In this document: positions 63,813-64,000 of the stretch, one piece after another
How positions within the stretch are numbered: the stretch's first letter is position 1
Layout: the number at the start of each line of letters is the position of its first letter
Program-made: the position numbers and the translations under genes
Notes under the pieces: model-generated
The model's input: the letters and a program-made list of their open reading frames with translations, nothing else
What the model was told of the DNA's origin: nothing
The model's database searches: none
NCBI GenBank assembly: GCA_963812605.1
Contig: CAWEWF010000006.1
Coordinates: forward strand, 192,001 to 256,000
DNA length: 64,000 nt
Direction of reading: 5' to 3'
From: an uncultured Verrucomicrobiae bacterium
Lineage (GTDB): Bacteria > Verrucomicrobiota > Verrucomicrobiia > Palsa-1439

Positions 63813-64000
63813 CGGCGCTTTTTCGTCTCGGCCACAATGATCTGTGGAATCGCGGCGTAGAAAATGGTCGCTTTGATGAGCGCATCCACCGGCACAACTT
63901 CGTTGGTCTGGTGCGCGTAGATTTCATGCTGGGGGCCAAAGCCGATGGTGGGGATGTTGTGGCGGCCCGCAGTGGCGACGCCGTTGGTGGAGAATGTCCA
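63800..64000 (-). CDS. YgeY-like M20 hydrolase, 3' end (partial)
   Basis: WTFSTNGV...IPTIGFGP...AHQTNE...IIVAETKKRRHQY*. Confidence 0.85.
   Translation of the reverse strand, partial: WTFSTNGVATAGRHNIPTIGFGPQHEIYAHQTNEVVPVDALIKATIFYAAIPQIIVAETKKRRHQY

Overview
GC-rich bacterial chromosome segment with the gene repertoire of Verrucomicrobia/PVC (PEP-CTERM, H-X9-DG prepilin-like and GloVer-repeat proteins). The taxon is inferred. A minus-strand housekeeping backbone (ygeY-like, rpoN, rpmE, prfA, prmC, murA, ffh, rpsP, khpA, trmD, rplS, rnhB, yraN, comM, rhlE) is interrupted at many junctions by accessory cargo. The most unusual feature is that inserts are bounded by diverged duplicates of the ends of neighbouring genes, with no integrase or transposase in the window. 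The comM promoter and start occur five times across about 30 kb between yraN and intact comM, and are fused in frame to cargo in two cases. The comM 3' end and the ygeY-like 3' end are each duplicated across a small insert. An ~18 kb putative alpha-1,3-glucan utilisation locus (2x GH87, GH65, beta-PGM, GH99-like, LacI, six TTTACGTAAA operators) lies between two copies of a ~1.1 kb block. Also present are diverse GTAG-type REP/REPIN hairpins, a REP-like palindrome inserted in frame in ffh and prmC, a dual-OB/DUF488 conflict module and two TA modules. Many genes, including essential prfA, carry single frameshifts, most likely sequencing or assembly indels.
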